From the NCBI GenBank assembly GCA_021108395.1, contig JAIOQZ010000032.1:4575-68574 (forward strand): DNA of 64,000 bases, read 5' to 3'. A program made the translations under genes and the position numbers. The DNA is from Candidatus Cloacimonadota bacterium. GTDB lineage: Bacteria > Cloacimonadota > Cloacimonadia > Cloacimonadales > JAIOQZ01. Below are positions 39,725 through 49,537 of the stretch, in pieces. Each line of letters opens with the position of its first letter. Position 1 is the stretch's first letter. The notes beneath the pieces were generated by a model. That model saw nothing but the letters and a program-made list of their open reading frames with translations. It was not told the origin of the DNA and made no database searches.

Positions 39725-42709
39725 CTACTTCAGAAGTATCATACGGCGGGTTTGGGTCTGCTCGCCGCTGGTGAGACGGTATAGATAGACACCGCTGCCC
39801 ACTGGTTTGTCGTTGTCGTTGCGGCCCTGCCAGGTGAAGGCATGGCGACCGGCAATGAGCTGTTCGCGCACGAGAGTTTTCACTTTTTGACCGCGAATAT
39901 TATAGATGTCGAGGCGCACATCGCCGGGGCGCTCGATGCTGAAAGCGATGGTGGTCTCGGGATTGAACGGGTTTGGCCAGTTCTGTTCGAGCCGTATGAC
40001 CGGAACCGGCGCGTCATCATCGTTTGCGGGATACCAGTCGGCTCGGATCTTCTGGGCATACATCCCGCTGATTTCCGTTTTGCCGCTGGAACGGGCGTCT
40101 CGCCAGATGGACAGCGCATAGCCATCGTCGATGGCTACCACATGCGGCTCATACTGGTTCATAATGGCGTCGCAGAGGGGTTCGCCGGCGGTGTCGCCAT
40201 AGAGGTTTCCATCACTGCCCACCTGCTGGACGTAGATGTCAGAGGCGGGGCCGAGGAAATCTGACCACAGCACGAGGGTTTGCTCTTCCACGGAGGCCAG
40301 AGACGAGTTGAACTGCACCGAGTCCTTCTGGACGACGAAGAGGCCGTTGGCATCCCACAGCAACTCGCCGGAGGCGTTGACCTTCTGCATGGCCACATCT
40401 TCGGCGTTACCGTTACGGAAGTCGCTCCAGGAAACATAGAAGTTGGCGCCGTCGAAGCAGAAGGCCGGGTCATACTGGTCGTTTGCGTAGCTGGCGATGG
40501 CGATGCCGTTTTCTGCCCATTCGATGCCGCCGTTGGCGGTTACGATTTGGCCATAGATGGCCTTGACCTCGTCGCGTCTGTCTTCCCAGATAACGAACAG
40601 GTCGTCATCAACCAGCATTCCTTGCGGGTTCAGTTGGTTCAGCGCCGCGTCGCAGAGAACCAGCGGGGTCTCGAAACCGGCAGCCGGTGTGCCATCGGGA
40701 TCGAGCTTGGTTACGAAGACGTCCGAGCTCGAACGGTAAAGGAAATAGGGGCCAACAATATTTTCCATGAAGAGGTCGCAGTCTTCGCTGGCCACCACGA
40801 TTCCGGTTTCGCCCCACTGTTTGACGCCGCCGGAGATTTTCTGGGCATAAAGGCGGAAATAATAGTCCCAGCCATCCTGTTCCATGTTGGACCAGGCAAA
40901 GTAGTAGTCGCCGTCCACTTCGGACACGGTGGAGAATTGCTGGCCGAGGTTGGCGGTGGAAAGGGTCATGCCCGTGTTGCCCCAAAGCGCGTTGCCATCG
41001 GCGTCAAGCGCCTGGCAGTAAACGCGCTCGGTGCCCTCCATGATTTGCGTCCATGTAGCCACCACGCCGCCCTGGTGACGTAGCGCCGCTTCGGGGTATT
41101 CCTGGCTGGTATTCACGTTGTCGGTGAACGGTACGCCATTGGGGGTGAAGGCCACTTCGCCCTGGCTGCCTGTGCTGCCGCCCAGGATTTTTTGCGCGAA
41201 AACACGGCTGCCGTTGACGCCGAAACGCGTGTCGATCCAGACGGCGTAGGCATCATTACCAGTGGGCAGCAGGATGGCGTCGGTGGCGTCGCCCGAAAGC
41301 CCCCAGTAAAATTCTTCGCCATCGGCGTCCAGCAAAAGGTTGCCGCTCAGGTCGAGTACCTGAATGTAGAGGCCGATGGAGCCGGTGCGGAAGTCGCCCC
41401 AGCTGACGAAGAGACGATTGCCCGAACGTTTGATGAGTACGCTGAACTGCTCCCAGTCGGCGCTGCAAAGCTCGCGGCCATCCTCTTCCCAGGCGATGTT
41501 ACCATCGGAAAGGACGTGCTGGATGTAGATGTTCTCGAGGGGGTGATCGCCGTCACGGCCGTCATCCCAGACAACATAGACGTCGCCGCTGTCGCCTGTC
41601 ACGAGACGCTGGTTTCTCTGGTGGAATGGCTCGTCACAGAGAACGACGCCGGCGGCGTTCCACTGGAGGATGCCGGCGCTGTTCAGCTTCTGCACATAGC
41701 AGTCGGTGAATTCGCCATTACTACGAGTGTCCTGCCAGGCCACAAACATGGCGCCGTCGCCACTGGAGGTGACGCGTGGGTTTTCTTGCTTGAGAGGGCC
41801 TGCATACACGACAACACCGGAAGCCCACAGCAGATTGCCGTCGATGTCGCAGGCCTGTGCGTAGATGTCGCCGTCCGGGTCGTCACGTTTGTCGCGCCAG
41901 GAAAAGCCGAAGGTGTCTGCGCCGGTCTTGCACATTTTCACGCCTTCCTGATCTTGATCGGCGTCACAGAGGGTTGTCGTCCAGTCGATGACGCCATCGG
42001 TGAGGATGCGACTGACATAGATGTCTATCTCGCTGAGATAGGAGTTTACATAGGCGAGGATGGCGCCGCCCTGGCCGTCTTGCCAGAAGGTGTGGCTGGA
42101 CTGCTCGCCATTGCCGCCGGCAACGGCTATGCCGTCGTCTGTCCAGAGGTTGTCGCCATTTGCGTCCACATGGACGCCGTAGATGTCGCTGCCGCCGGGA
42201 TTGCGGTTATCAATCCAGATGATGAACGCGCCACCGTCGAGGTCGGGCACGATGTTGAGGCTGATCTGCACATCTGCCGCTGTGCACAGCGGCACGCCGC
42301 CCTCGCTCCAGAGCAAATTGCCATCGGAGTCGAGCTTCTGAGCATAGATGTCGCCGGCGAATTCGTTGGTGAAGTCAACCCAGGCGACGATGCAGCCGCC
42401 GTCTGTGGTGGCGATGACCACCGGGTCTTCCTGGCGATCGATTTTGTTGTCCACGAGTATCGGGGTTTCGCCCCAGAGCTTGTCGCCCTGCGCGTTGAGC
42501 TTTTGCGCCCAGACGTCACGGTCGCCAAGTTTGGTGTCTGACCACACATAAACGACGTTACCGTCGGTGAGCACGTCGGCTGCGCGGGTCCATTCGATGT
42601 TTTCGCCCTGGCGTATGGGGATGCCGTTCTCTTGCCATTCGGCAGGCGTATTCTGGGCGACGAGAAACGATGTGAGCAGCAAGGCTGCCAGCAGAAGTTG
42701 GAATTTCAT
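39725..42709 (-). CDS. Secreted tandem-repeat (probable double beta-propeller) protein with C-terminal sorting domain, paralog P1
   Basis: About 16 repeats of 'W.D.R...DIYAQK.D.DG..LW...G'; signal peptide; NWPNPFNP...RRMILLK. Confidence 0.85.
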   Translation of the reverse strand: MKFQLLLAALLLTSFLVAQNTPAEWQENGIPIRQGENIEWTRAADVLTDGNVVYVWSDTKLGDRDVWAQKLNAQGDKLWGETPILVDNKIDRQEDPVVIATTDGGCIVAWVDFTNEFAGDIYAQKLDSDGNLLWSEGGVPLCTAADVQISLNIVPDLDGGAFIIWIDNRNPGGSDIYGVHVDANGDNLWTDDGIAVAGGNGEQSSHTFWQDGQGGAILAYVNSYLSEIDIYVSRILTDGVIDWTTTLCDADQDQEGVKMCKTGADTFGFSWRDKRDDPDGDIYAQACDIDGNLLWASGVVVYAGPLKQENPRVTSSGDGAMFVAWQDTRSNGEFTDCYVQKLNSAGILQWNAAGVVLCDEPFHQRNQRLVTGDSGDVYVVWDDGRDGDHPLENIYIQHVLSDGNIAWEEDGRELCSADWEQFSVLIKRSGNRLFVSWGDFRTGSIGLYIQVLDLSGNLLLDADGEEFYWGLSGDATDAILLPTGNDAYAVWIDTRFGVNGSRVFAQKILGGSTGSQGEVAFTPNGVPFTDNVNTSQEYPEAALRHQGGVVATWTQIMEGTERVYCQALDADGNALWGNTGMTLSTANLGQQFSTVSEVDGDYYFAWSNMEQDGWDYYFRLYAQKISGGVKQWGETGIVVASEDCDLFMENIVGPYFLYRSSSDVFVTKLDPDGTPAAGFETPLVLCDAALNQLNPQGMLVDDDLFVIWEDRRDEVKAIYGQIVTANGGIEWAENGIAIASYANDQYDPAFCFDGANFYVSWSDFRNGNAEDVAMQKVNASGELLWDANGLFVVQKDSVQFNSSLASVEEQTLVLWSDFLGPASDIYVQQVGSDGNLYGDTAGEPLCDAIMNQYEPHVVAIDDGYALSIWRDARSSGKTEISGMYAQKIRADWYPANDDDAPVPVIRLEQNWPNPFNPETTIAFSIERPGDVRLDIYNIRGQKVKTLVREQLIAGRHAFTWQGRNDNDKPVGSGVYLYRLTSGEQTQTRRMILLK

Positions 42710-42928
42710 CCAAAACCTCCAGTCTTATTTTAGTTATGTTTTCATTATCATTGCGCACACTTATTCGAGCAAGATTCTTACCAGTCAACACCTTTCACTC
42801 GGATTTTCTATTCCTGTAAGAAACATTGCACTGCGAGCAGGACAGCGCCAGCCTGTCACAATCGGTAAACCCGCAGACTGCCGCGAAAGATTCCCGTCCT
42901 GGTTTTTCTCTTTCTATTCACTACCAAG

Positions 42929-42944
42929 TGCAATAAATGTGCCA
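42929..42944 (-). promoter_or_regulatory. Consensus sigma54 promoter upstream of the P1-M14-C25 operon
   Basis: Minus strand TGGCACATTTATTGCA, an exact TGGCAC-N5-TTGCA match. Confidence 0.7.
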
Positions 42945-43027
42945 CTGAACAATGGGTTCTGCAAAGTTAATAGCTCATAGTTTACGATTAACAGACAATC
43001 GTTTACACCTCGACAATGAAAAGTGGG

Positions 43028-43059
43028 AAGCAAGAAGGCCGCCTCGAAGTGAGACGGCC
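43028..43059 (-). terminator. Terminator after P2 (hairpin duplicated identically at 46305-46327 after P3)
   Basis: Minus strand GGCCGTCTC-acttc-GAGGCGGCC followed by TTCTTGCTT. Confidence 0.6.
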
Positions 43060-43081
43060 AGAATCGCGGAGAGAAACGAAG

Positions 43082-46000
43082 CTACTTGAGCAACAGCATG
43101 CGCCGTGTGGCGGTGTGGCTGCCTGAGCGCAACTGGTAGAGATATATCCCGCTGCCTGCGGCCACACCGTGACTGTCGCGGCCATCCCAGACAACGCTGT
43201 GCGCTCCGGCGGGCAGACGGTCGTTCACGATGGTGTTCACGAGCTGGCCGCGGATGTTATATACACACAGGGTGATGTGAGTGGGCGCGGCCAGGCTGAA
43301 CGCTATCGCGGTCTCGGGGTTGAACGGGTTGGGCGTGTTCTGCGCCAAGTGTAGCGCGGGTGGCGCTGGGACGGGGTCGTTGACGCCGGTGACGCTGATG
43401 TTCACGCGCTGGGCGTAGATGGCGGGGGCTTCGGACGTGCGGCTGGCGCGGTAGTCGCTCCAGGCGATGACGACATGGTCGTCGCCGGAAGGCGCCAGTT
43501 GCGGCCAAAGCTGGTGATTAGGGGCATCGCAGAGGATGACGCCGCCTCCCCACAGTGGTTCGCCTTCCACGTTGACAAGCTGCAGCCGCAGGTCGGAGGC
43601 GCTACCCGAATAGTCACTCGAATAGTCTCTCCAGGCGATGAGGGCGCCGTCGTCGTTGACGCTCATGGCCGATAATATATGGTGAGAGTCACCCAGTGAG
43701 ACGAGAAGCCCCGACGGGTCCCATTGCGGGGTGGCGTTCATGTCGAAGTTTTGCAGACGAACCTGTTCGCAGGTTCCCGAGGAGAAGTCTGACCATGAGA
43801 CGTAGAACCCGTCGTCGTGCACGCCGAGAAGGGGCGAATATTGGTCGTATTGTGCCACGACCAGCGGGGCGCCGTTCTCTATCCATGCTACGGAGCCGTC
43901 GGAATGCACGAACTGGCCATAGATGTCGTAGTCGCCGATGTCGTTGCGACGGTCTCCCCAGACAACGAGCAGATCATCGCCCACCATTTCGCCGTGCGAA
44001 TGGTCCTGCCTGCCATCGGCGGCGCAAACCGCCAGGGGTGTCTCGAAACCGGGCGACAGCGTGCCGTCGCTTTCGAGCCTCGACACGAAGACGTCCACAG
44101 ACGACTCGAACAGGAAGTACGGCCCGATGATGTCGCGTATGAAGCAATCATGGTCTTCCTGGTCGGAGACCAGGATGCCGTCCGTTCCCCACTGGATGGC
44201 GCCGTTCACCACCTTCTGGGCGTAAATGCGATAATAGTAGTACCAGCCGCCCGCACACTCCAAGTTTGACCAGCCGAAGACATACTCCTCGCCCTGTCGT
44301 TCGATTTGCACGTATTCCTGATAAAGCGGAAGCTCGCTCAAAGTCACGCCTTGTTCGCCCCACAGCAGGTTGCCGTCGGGGTCGCAAGCATTGGCAAAGA
44401 CGCGGTTTGTTCCACTCACGAGTTCAACCCACGCGAAGGTTACTCCACCTGAGTGATGAGGAATAGCGGTGAATTCATAGATACTTGATTCGTCAGACCC
44501 CACCAAGATTTTGCCCAGTTCCCCCCAGGCCAGGCTGCCGTCGGGAAGAATCTTTTGCACGCGCAGTTGGTCGGCGTTTCTCATTTCCATGTCCCACAGC
44601 AGGTAAGTCGCCTCCCCACAGGGGACAAGCTGAGGTTTTATGTTCATGCCGGTGGTAATGGGGCCTTCTGCAAAGACCTGACCGTCGGGAACGAGAAGCT
44701 CGGCGCCGTCGAGAGTGAATACCTGCGACCGCAGGCACATAGCGTTAGCGTCATAGTACGGGCCGCATCGAGATTCGCCCGACGGCCACATATCGGCCCA
44801 TGCCAGCATCAGGTGTTCGCCCGAACGTGTTATGGAGGGTAGGTGTTGCCTCCCCGGCAGTGTGCATACGGCTCTGCCGTCCTCCTCCCAGAGAATGGTT
44901 CCCTCGGCGGAGACACGCTGGATGTAGATGTCATCACTGGGGTGCTGGTTGCGCTCGTCCTCCCAGATAACATAGACATCGCCGCTGTCGCCGGGTACAA
45001 GGCGGATTTTCCACTGGTAGTAGTCTTCATCGACAAGAGCGACGCCGTCGGCGTCCCACAGCAGGTTGCCGTCGCTGTCGAGTTTCTGCACATAGCAGTC
45101 GCAGTAGTAGCCGTCGTTTCTGGCATCCTGCCAGGCGATGAACATGCAGCCGTCGCCGCTGGAGGTGACGCGCGGGTTTTCTTGTCTACAGGCACCGGCG
45201 TACACGACAACCTCGGAAGCCCACAGCAGGTTGCCGTCGATGTCGCAGGCCTGGGCGTAGATGTCGCCTTGGTTGTCGTCGCGGCGGTCGCGCCAGGCAA
45301 AGCCGAAGGTGTTCTCGCCTGTCGGATACATCTTCACGGCGCCCTCGCACACATCGGCGTCACAGATGACTGTTATCCAGTCGGTGACGCCATCGGGGAG
45401 GATGCGCTTGATGTAGATATCGCTATCGCTGAGATAGTCACTCACATAGGCGAGAATGGCCCCGCCCTGGCCATCCTGCCAGAAAGTGTGGCCGGATTGC
45501 TCGCCGGCGCCGCTGGCAACGGCGATGCCGTTGTCGCTCCAGAGGTTGTCGCCACTCGCGTCTATGCGAACGCCGTAGATATCGCTGCCGCCGGCGTTAC
45601 GGTCATCGTCCCAGATAATGAATGCGCCGCCGTTAAGGTCGGGCACGATGTTGAGGTCGTGCTGCGAGTAGGGTGTTGTGCACAGGGCCACGCCGCCCTC
45701 GCCCCAGAGCTGGTTGCCCTGCGCGTCGAGTTTTTGTGCGTAGCTCTCGGTGTGGTTGTCATCGATGTAATCAATCCAGGCGATGACGCAGCCACCGTCG
45801 GAACTGCCGATGATGACGGGGTTCTGCTGCAGGCCGGCGCTGAGGCACACATACACCGGCTCTTCGCCCCAGGGTGCGCTGCCGTCCGGCATGAGTTTCT
45901 TGGCCACCACCTGGCGAGCGCTCGTGCGGGTGTCTGTCCATACAAAGACAACGCCGCCGTCTGGCATGAGAGCCCCCCGGCCGCCCCATTCTAAGTTGGC

Positions 46001-46099
46001 GCCCTGCACCACAGGGATGCCGTTATCGTCCCAGTCGAACTCCTGGGCAACGAGTGAACTCAGCATGCACAGCATGAGAAAAAGGCTTGCGTATTTCAT
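43082..46099 (-). CDS. Secreted repeat/beta-propeller protein with C-terminal sorting domain, paralog P2
   Basis: Same repeat architecture as P1; signal peptide MKYASLFLML; NTPNPFNP tail. Confidence 0.85.
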   Translation of the reverse strand: MKYASLFLMLCMLSSLVAQEFDWDDNGIPVVQGANLEWGGRGALMPDGGVVFVWTDTRTSARQVVAKKLMPDGSAPWGEEPVYVCLSAGLQQNPVIIGSSDGGCVIAWIDYIDDNHTESYAQKLDAQGNQLWGEGGVALCTTPYSQHDLNIVPDLNGGAFIIWDDDRNAGGSDIYGVRIDASGDNLWSDNGIAVASGAGEQSGHTFWQDGQGGAILAYVSDYLSDSDIYIKRILPDGVTDWITVICDADVCEGAVKMYPTGENTFGFAWRDRRDDNQGDIYAQACDIDGNLLWASEVVVYAGACRQENPRVTSSGDGCMFIAWQDARNDGYYCDCYVQKLDSDGNLLWDADGVALVDEDYYQWKIRLVPGDSGDVYVIWEDERNQHPSDDIYIQRVSAEGTILWEEDGRAVCTLPGRQHLPSITRSGEHLMLAWADMWPSGESRCGPYYDANAMCLRSQVFTLDGAELLVPDGQVFAEGPITTGMNIKPQLVPCGEATYLLWDMEMRNADQLRVQKILPDGSLAWGELGKILVGSDESSIYEFTAIPHHSGGVTFAWVELVSGTNRVFANACDPDGNLLWGEQGVTLSELPLYQEYVQIERQGEEYVFGWSNLECAGGWYYYYRIYAQKVVNGAIQWGTDGILVSDQEDHDCFIRDIIGPYFLFESSVDVFVSRLESDGTLSPGFETPLAVCAADGRQDHSHGEMVGDDLLVVWGDRRNDIGDYDIYGQFVHSDGSVAWIENGAPLVVAQYDQYSPLLGVHDDGFYVSWSDFSSGTCEQVRLQNFDMNATPQWDPSGLLVSLGDSHHILSAMSVNDDGALIAWRDYSSDYSGSASDLRLQLVNVEGEPLWGGGVILCDAPNHQLWPQLAPSGDDHVVIAWSDYRASRTSEAPAIYAQRVNISVTGVNDPVPAPPALHLAQNTPNPFNPETAIAFSLAAPTHITLCVYNIRGQLVNTIVNDRLPAGAHSVVWDGRDSHGVAAGSGIYLYQLRSGSHTATRRMLLLK

Positions 46100-46147
46100 A
46101 ATGCCCTCCAGACGAGTGTTGCAAGTATGTGTGTTTCCATTGACATA

Positions 46148-46163
46148 TGCAATTGTTGTTCCG
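46148..46163 (-). promoter_or_regulatory. Putative sigma54 promoter of P2
   Basis: CGGAACAACAATTGCA (GG-N10-GC), 49 nt from the ATG, same position as in P3. Confidence 0.5.
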
Positions 46164-46349
46164 TTTTTTGATTTTCTTTTGCAAATTAATACTCACACAA
46201 TAAATGTGTCACTGAGTAAAGGGTTTTAGCATAGAGAATCTCTTTCGGTTTTCGGCTCAGAAACAATCGTTTACACCTCGACAATGAAAAGTGGGAAGCA
46301 AGAAGGCCGCCTCGAAGTGAGACGGCCAGAATCGCGGAGAGAAACGAAG

Positions 46350-49300
46350 CTACTTGAGCAACAGCATGCGCCGTGTGGCGGTGTGGCTGCCTGAGCGCAA
46401 CTGGTAGAGATAGATTCCGCTGCCTGCGGCCACGCCGTGACTGTCGCGGCCATCCCAGACAACGCTGTGCGTTCCGGCGGGCAGGCGGTCGTTCACGAGG
46501 GTGTTCACGAGCTGCCCGCGGATGTTATAGACACACAGTGTGATGTGAGAGGGCGCAGCCAGGCTGAAATCTATCGCGGTCTCGGGGTTGAACGGGTTGG
46601 GCGTGTTTTGCGCCAGGCGTAGCGCGGGCGGGGCGGGAACGGGGTCGTTGACGCCGGTGACGCTGGTGTTTACACGCTGGGCATAGATAGCGCAGACATG
46701 GTCGTTGTACTGGCGGGCGGCGCGCTGGTCGTTCCAGACGAGGACGACATGGTCGTCGCCGGCAGGCGCCATTAGCGGATCATGCTGGTAATAAGGGGCG
46801 TCGCAGAGGATGACGCCGCCCTCTTCGTACAGCAGTTCGCCTTCCATGTTGACGAGCTGTAGCCGCAGGTCGCTGGGATTACCCAGATAATCTCTCCAGG
46901 CGATGAGAACGCCGTCATCGTTGACGCCCATAGCCGATAGACATTGCCGGCCTTCATCCGTTGAGATGAGAAGCCCCATAGGGTCCCATTGCACAGCGCC
47001 GTTCATATCGAAGTTCTGTAGCCGGACCATCTGTAATTCGTCAGGATAGGCTTGGCAAGAGACGACCCCCCCGTCCTCGTGTACAGCGAGAAGAGGTCTT
47101 AACTGGCTCCATGGCCCAACGATAAGTGGTGCGCCGTCCTCTCCCCACGCCACCGAGCCGTCGGGATGCACGAGCTGACCGTAGATGTCGCGGTTGTAGT
47201 TGTGACAGTTCTCATAGACGACGAGCAGGTCGTTGCCCACCATTTCGCCGCTTGGGTAGTTTTGCCTATCATCGGTGGCGCCGATCGCCAGAAGTGTCTC
47301 GAAGCCGGGGGAAATCGTGCCGTCACTTTCGAGCCGTACAACATAGGTTTTATACCCGATTTCGATCAAGAAATACGGCCCGACGATGTCGCGCAGATGA
47401 GTATAATAGTCATTCTCGGTAAAGACCTGGATGCCATCCGATCCCCATTGGATTGTGCCGTCCACAATCTTTTGAGCATAGACATTCCTATAAGAGCCCC
47501 ACAGGCTGTCAGGTTCTGTCTGTATCCAACCAACCACATATTCCTCATCCCACCGTTCTATGTTTGGTTCGTACTGGCCACGAGGTAGTTCACTCACCGC
47601 CACCCCTTCTTCGCCCCAAAGTCGGTTTCCGTCGTTGTCACAAGCATTTGCAAACACGCGGTGCTGTGTGCCAACCTTATGACTCCAGGTATAAGCCAGC
47701 CCACCGTCATGATGGAGGGTAGCCGTGTAATCGTAGGGGATACCACTGCCGAAGTCTGCTAAAACGACACCGGTTTCTCCCCAGGCGGTACTCCCATCCG
47801 GCAGCAGCTTTTGTGCATGCAGTTGCATGGTGTATCTCGTGCTCATCATCCACAGCACGTAGGTTGACTCCCCGCAGGGGACAATCTGCAAATCCAATTC
47901 TAATGGATCAAAATCATAGAGAATGGGGCCCTCGGCGAAAACCTGGCCGTCGGGGGCGAGAAGCTCGGCGCCGTCGAGAGTGAGTACCTGCGTCCGCAGG
48001 CACGCAGCATTGGGCTCCGTTGGATATGGATCGCGTGACTCTTCCGGCAGCCAGTCGTCGGCCCAGGCCAGCAGCAGGAAGTTCCCCGAACGTGCCATGA
48101 ACGGCAGTCGCTGTCTTCCGGGCAGTGTGCATACAGCTCTGCCGTTTTCCTCCCAGGCGATGCTGCCATCGGAAAGGACGTGCTGCATGAATACATCTAT
48201 TTGGCTCTCATAGTAGCCCTGCCAGGATCCCCAGACGGCATAGACGTCGCCATTATCACCCGCCGCGAGGCCATGGTTCCCATAGTGGATTGACTCGTCG
48301 CAAAGAATGACGCCTTCTGTGTCCCACAGCAGGTTGCCGTCGCTATCAATCTTCTGCACATAGAAGTAAGTCGATGAATAGGGATTAGTTTGCCTCATCA
48401 GCCAGGCGATAAACATGCCGCCGTCGCCATCATTGATAATGTGCGGGTTTTTATGTTCGAAATCGCCGGCATTCACGATCACATCGGCGGCCCACAGCAG
48501 GTTGCCGTCGATGTCGCAGGCCTGGGCGTAGATGTCGCCGTCGTTATTTTCGCGTTCATCGCGCCAGACAAAGCCGAACACGCCGTTGGATATGCGGCAG
48601 ACCCTGCTCTCCATCTGTTCACCGGGCGCAACGCATAAAGGGACAATCCAATTGGTTGATCCCACGCGAATGGCCAGCAGGTCATCCTCGTCGTCGTTAT
48701 CCAGTCGGCAGGTGAGGATGGCGCCGCTGAAGCCGTCGGAGCAGGCGCTCAGGTGTGAGTCTTCATCAATGCTGCCGGCCACAATCGCGCCGGTATGTCC
48801 ACAGTAGCAAAAGCCGTTGTTAGTAATCCGATTGCGGAAGACGCCGTGCAGGTCGCCGTCCACCCAGAACACGTGCACCTGGCTGTCGTTAGCGGGCACG
48901 AGCGCAATGTTGCCGGGTTTGGTGTCCATATCGCAGACGACAATACCTTCTTCGTCCCAAAGACGTTCGCCTGACTGACTGAGCCTCTGCGCGTGGATGT
49001 CGCCGAGTGGGTCGCTGGTGTAGTCGGTCCAGACGATGACGACGCAGCCATCGACGACGGCGGTGACGACAGGGCGCTCCTGTGTTCCCTCGCTGTCGCA
49101 CACATACACCGGCTCTTCGCCCCAGGGTTCGCTGCCGTCCGGCATGAGCTTTTTGGCCACCACCCTGCGGTTGCCGGCGCTGGTGTTTGTCCACACGCAG
49201 ACGATACCTCCGTCGGTGGTGCGCACGGCCTGGGCACCCCATCTGATGTTGGCGCCTTGCACTACGGGGATGCCGTTATCGTCCCAGTCGAACTCCTGGG

Positions 49301-49352
49301 CAACGAGTGAACTCAGCATGCACAGCATGAGAAAAAGGCTTGCGTATTTCAT
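46350..49352 (-). CDS. Secreted repeat/beta-propeller protein with C-terminal sorting domain, paralog P3
   Basis: N-terminus identical to P2 from ATG 49352 (GGAGG RBS); near-identical C-terminal domain. Confidence 0.85.
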   Translation of the reverse strand: MKYASLFLMLCMLSSLVAQEFDWDDNGIPVVQGANIRWGAQAVRTTDGGIVCVWTNTSAGNRRVVAKKLMPDGSEPWGEEPVYVCDSEGTQERPVVTAVVDGCVVIVWTDYTSDPLGDIHAQRLSQSGERLWDEEGIVVCDMDTKPGNIALVPANDSQVHVFWVDGDLHGVFRNRITNNGFCYCGHTGAIVAGSIDEDSHLSACSDGFSGAILTCRLDNDDEDDLLAIRVGSTNWIVPLCVAPGEQMESRVCRISNGVFGFVWRDERENNDGDIYAQACDIDGNLLWAADVIVNAGDFEHKNPHIINDGDGGMFIAWLMRQTNPYSSTYFYVQKIDSDGNLLWDTEGVILCDESIHYGNHGLAAGDNGDVYAVWGSWQGYYESQIDVFMQHVLSDGSIAWEENGRAVCTLPGRQRLPFMARSGNFLLLAWADDWLPEESRDPYPTEPNAACLRTQVLTLDGAELLAPDGQVFAEGPILYDFDPLELDLQIVPCGESTYVLWMMSTRYTMQLHAQKLLPDGSTAWGETGVVLADFGSGIPYDYTATLHHDGGLAYTWSHKVGTQHRVFANACDNDGNRLWGEEGVAVSELPRGQYEPNIERWDEEYVVGWIQTEPDSLWGSYRNVYAQKIVDGTIQWGSDGIQVFTENDYYTHLRDIVGPYFLIEIGYKTYVVRLESDGTISPGFETLLAIGATDDRQNYPSGEMVGNDLLVVYENCHNYNRDIYGQLVHPDGSVAWGEDGAPLIVGPWSQLRPLLAVHEDGGVVSCQAYPDELQMVRLQNFDMNGAVQWDPMGLLISTDEGRQCLSAMGVNDDGVLIAWRDYLGNPSDLRLQLVNMEGELLYEEGGVILCDAPYYQHDPLMAPAGDDHVVLVWNDQRAARQYNDHVCAIYAQRVNTSVTGVNDPVPAPPALRLAQNTPNPFNPETAIDFSLAAPSHITLCVYNIRGQLVNTLVNDRLPAGTHSVVWDGRDSHGVAAGSGIYLYQLRSGSHTATRRMLLLK

Positions 49353-49400
49353 AATGCCCTCCAGACGAGTGTTGCAAGTACATATTTTCAATCTACGACA

Positions 49401-49416
49401 TGCAAATTTCCTTCCA
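49401..49416 (-). promoter_or_regulatory. Putative sigma54 promoter of P3
   Basis: TGGAAGGAAATTTGCA (GG-N10-GC), 49 nt from the ATG. Confidence 0.5.
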
Positions 49417-49537
49417 CTTTCATGGTTTTTCAGATTGGCGCTCATATATTTGTTGACATCGATAGCTTCACACAAGTATGTTCTTTTGCAGTGAGTCAAG
49501 GTAGCATGGGCTGCCTGAACTGAAAAGAGGAAACACC

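Noticed and set aside
43003-43194. Duplicated 63-aa ORFs (43003-43194, 46271-46462)
   Set aside because: Alternate frames over the duplicated gene ends and terminator; the similarity is explained by the duplication.
43082-49352. Diversity-generating retroelement acting on P2/P3
   Set aside because: No reverse transcriptase in the window; differences involve all bases plus indels rather than adenine-only changes.
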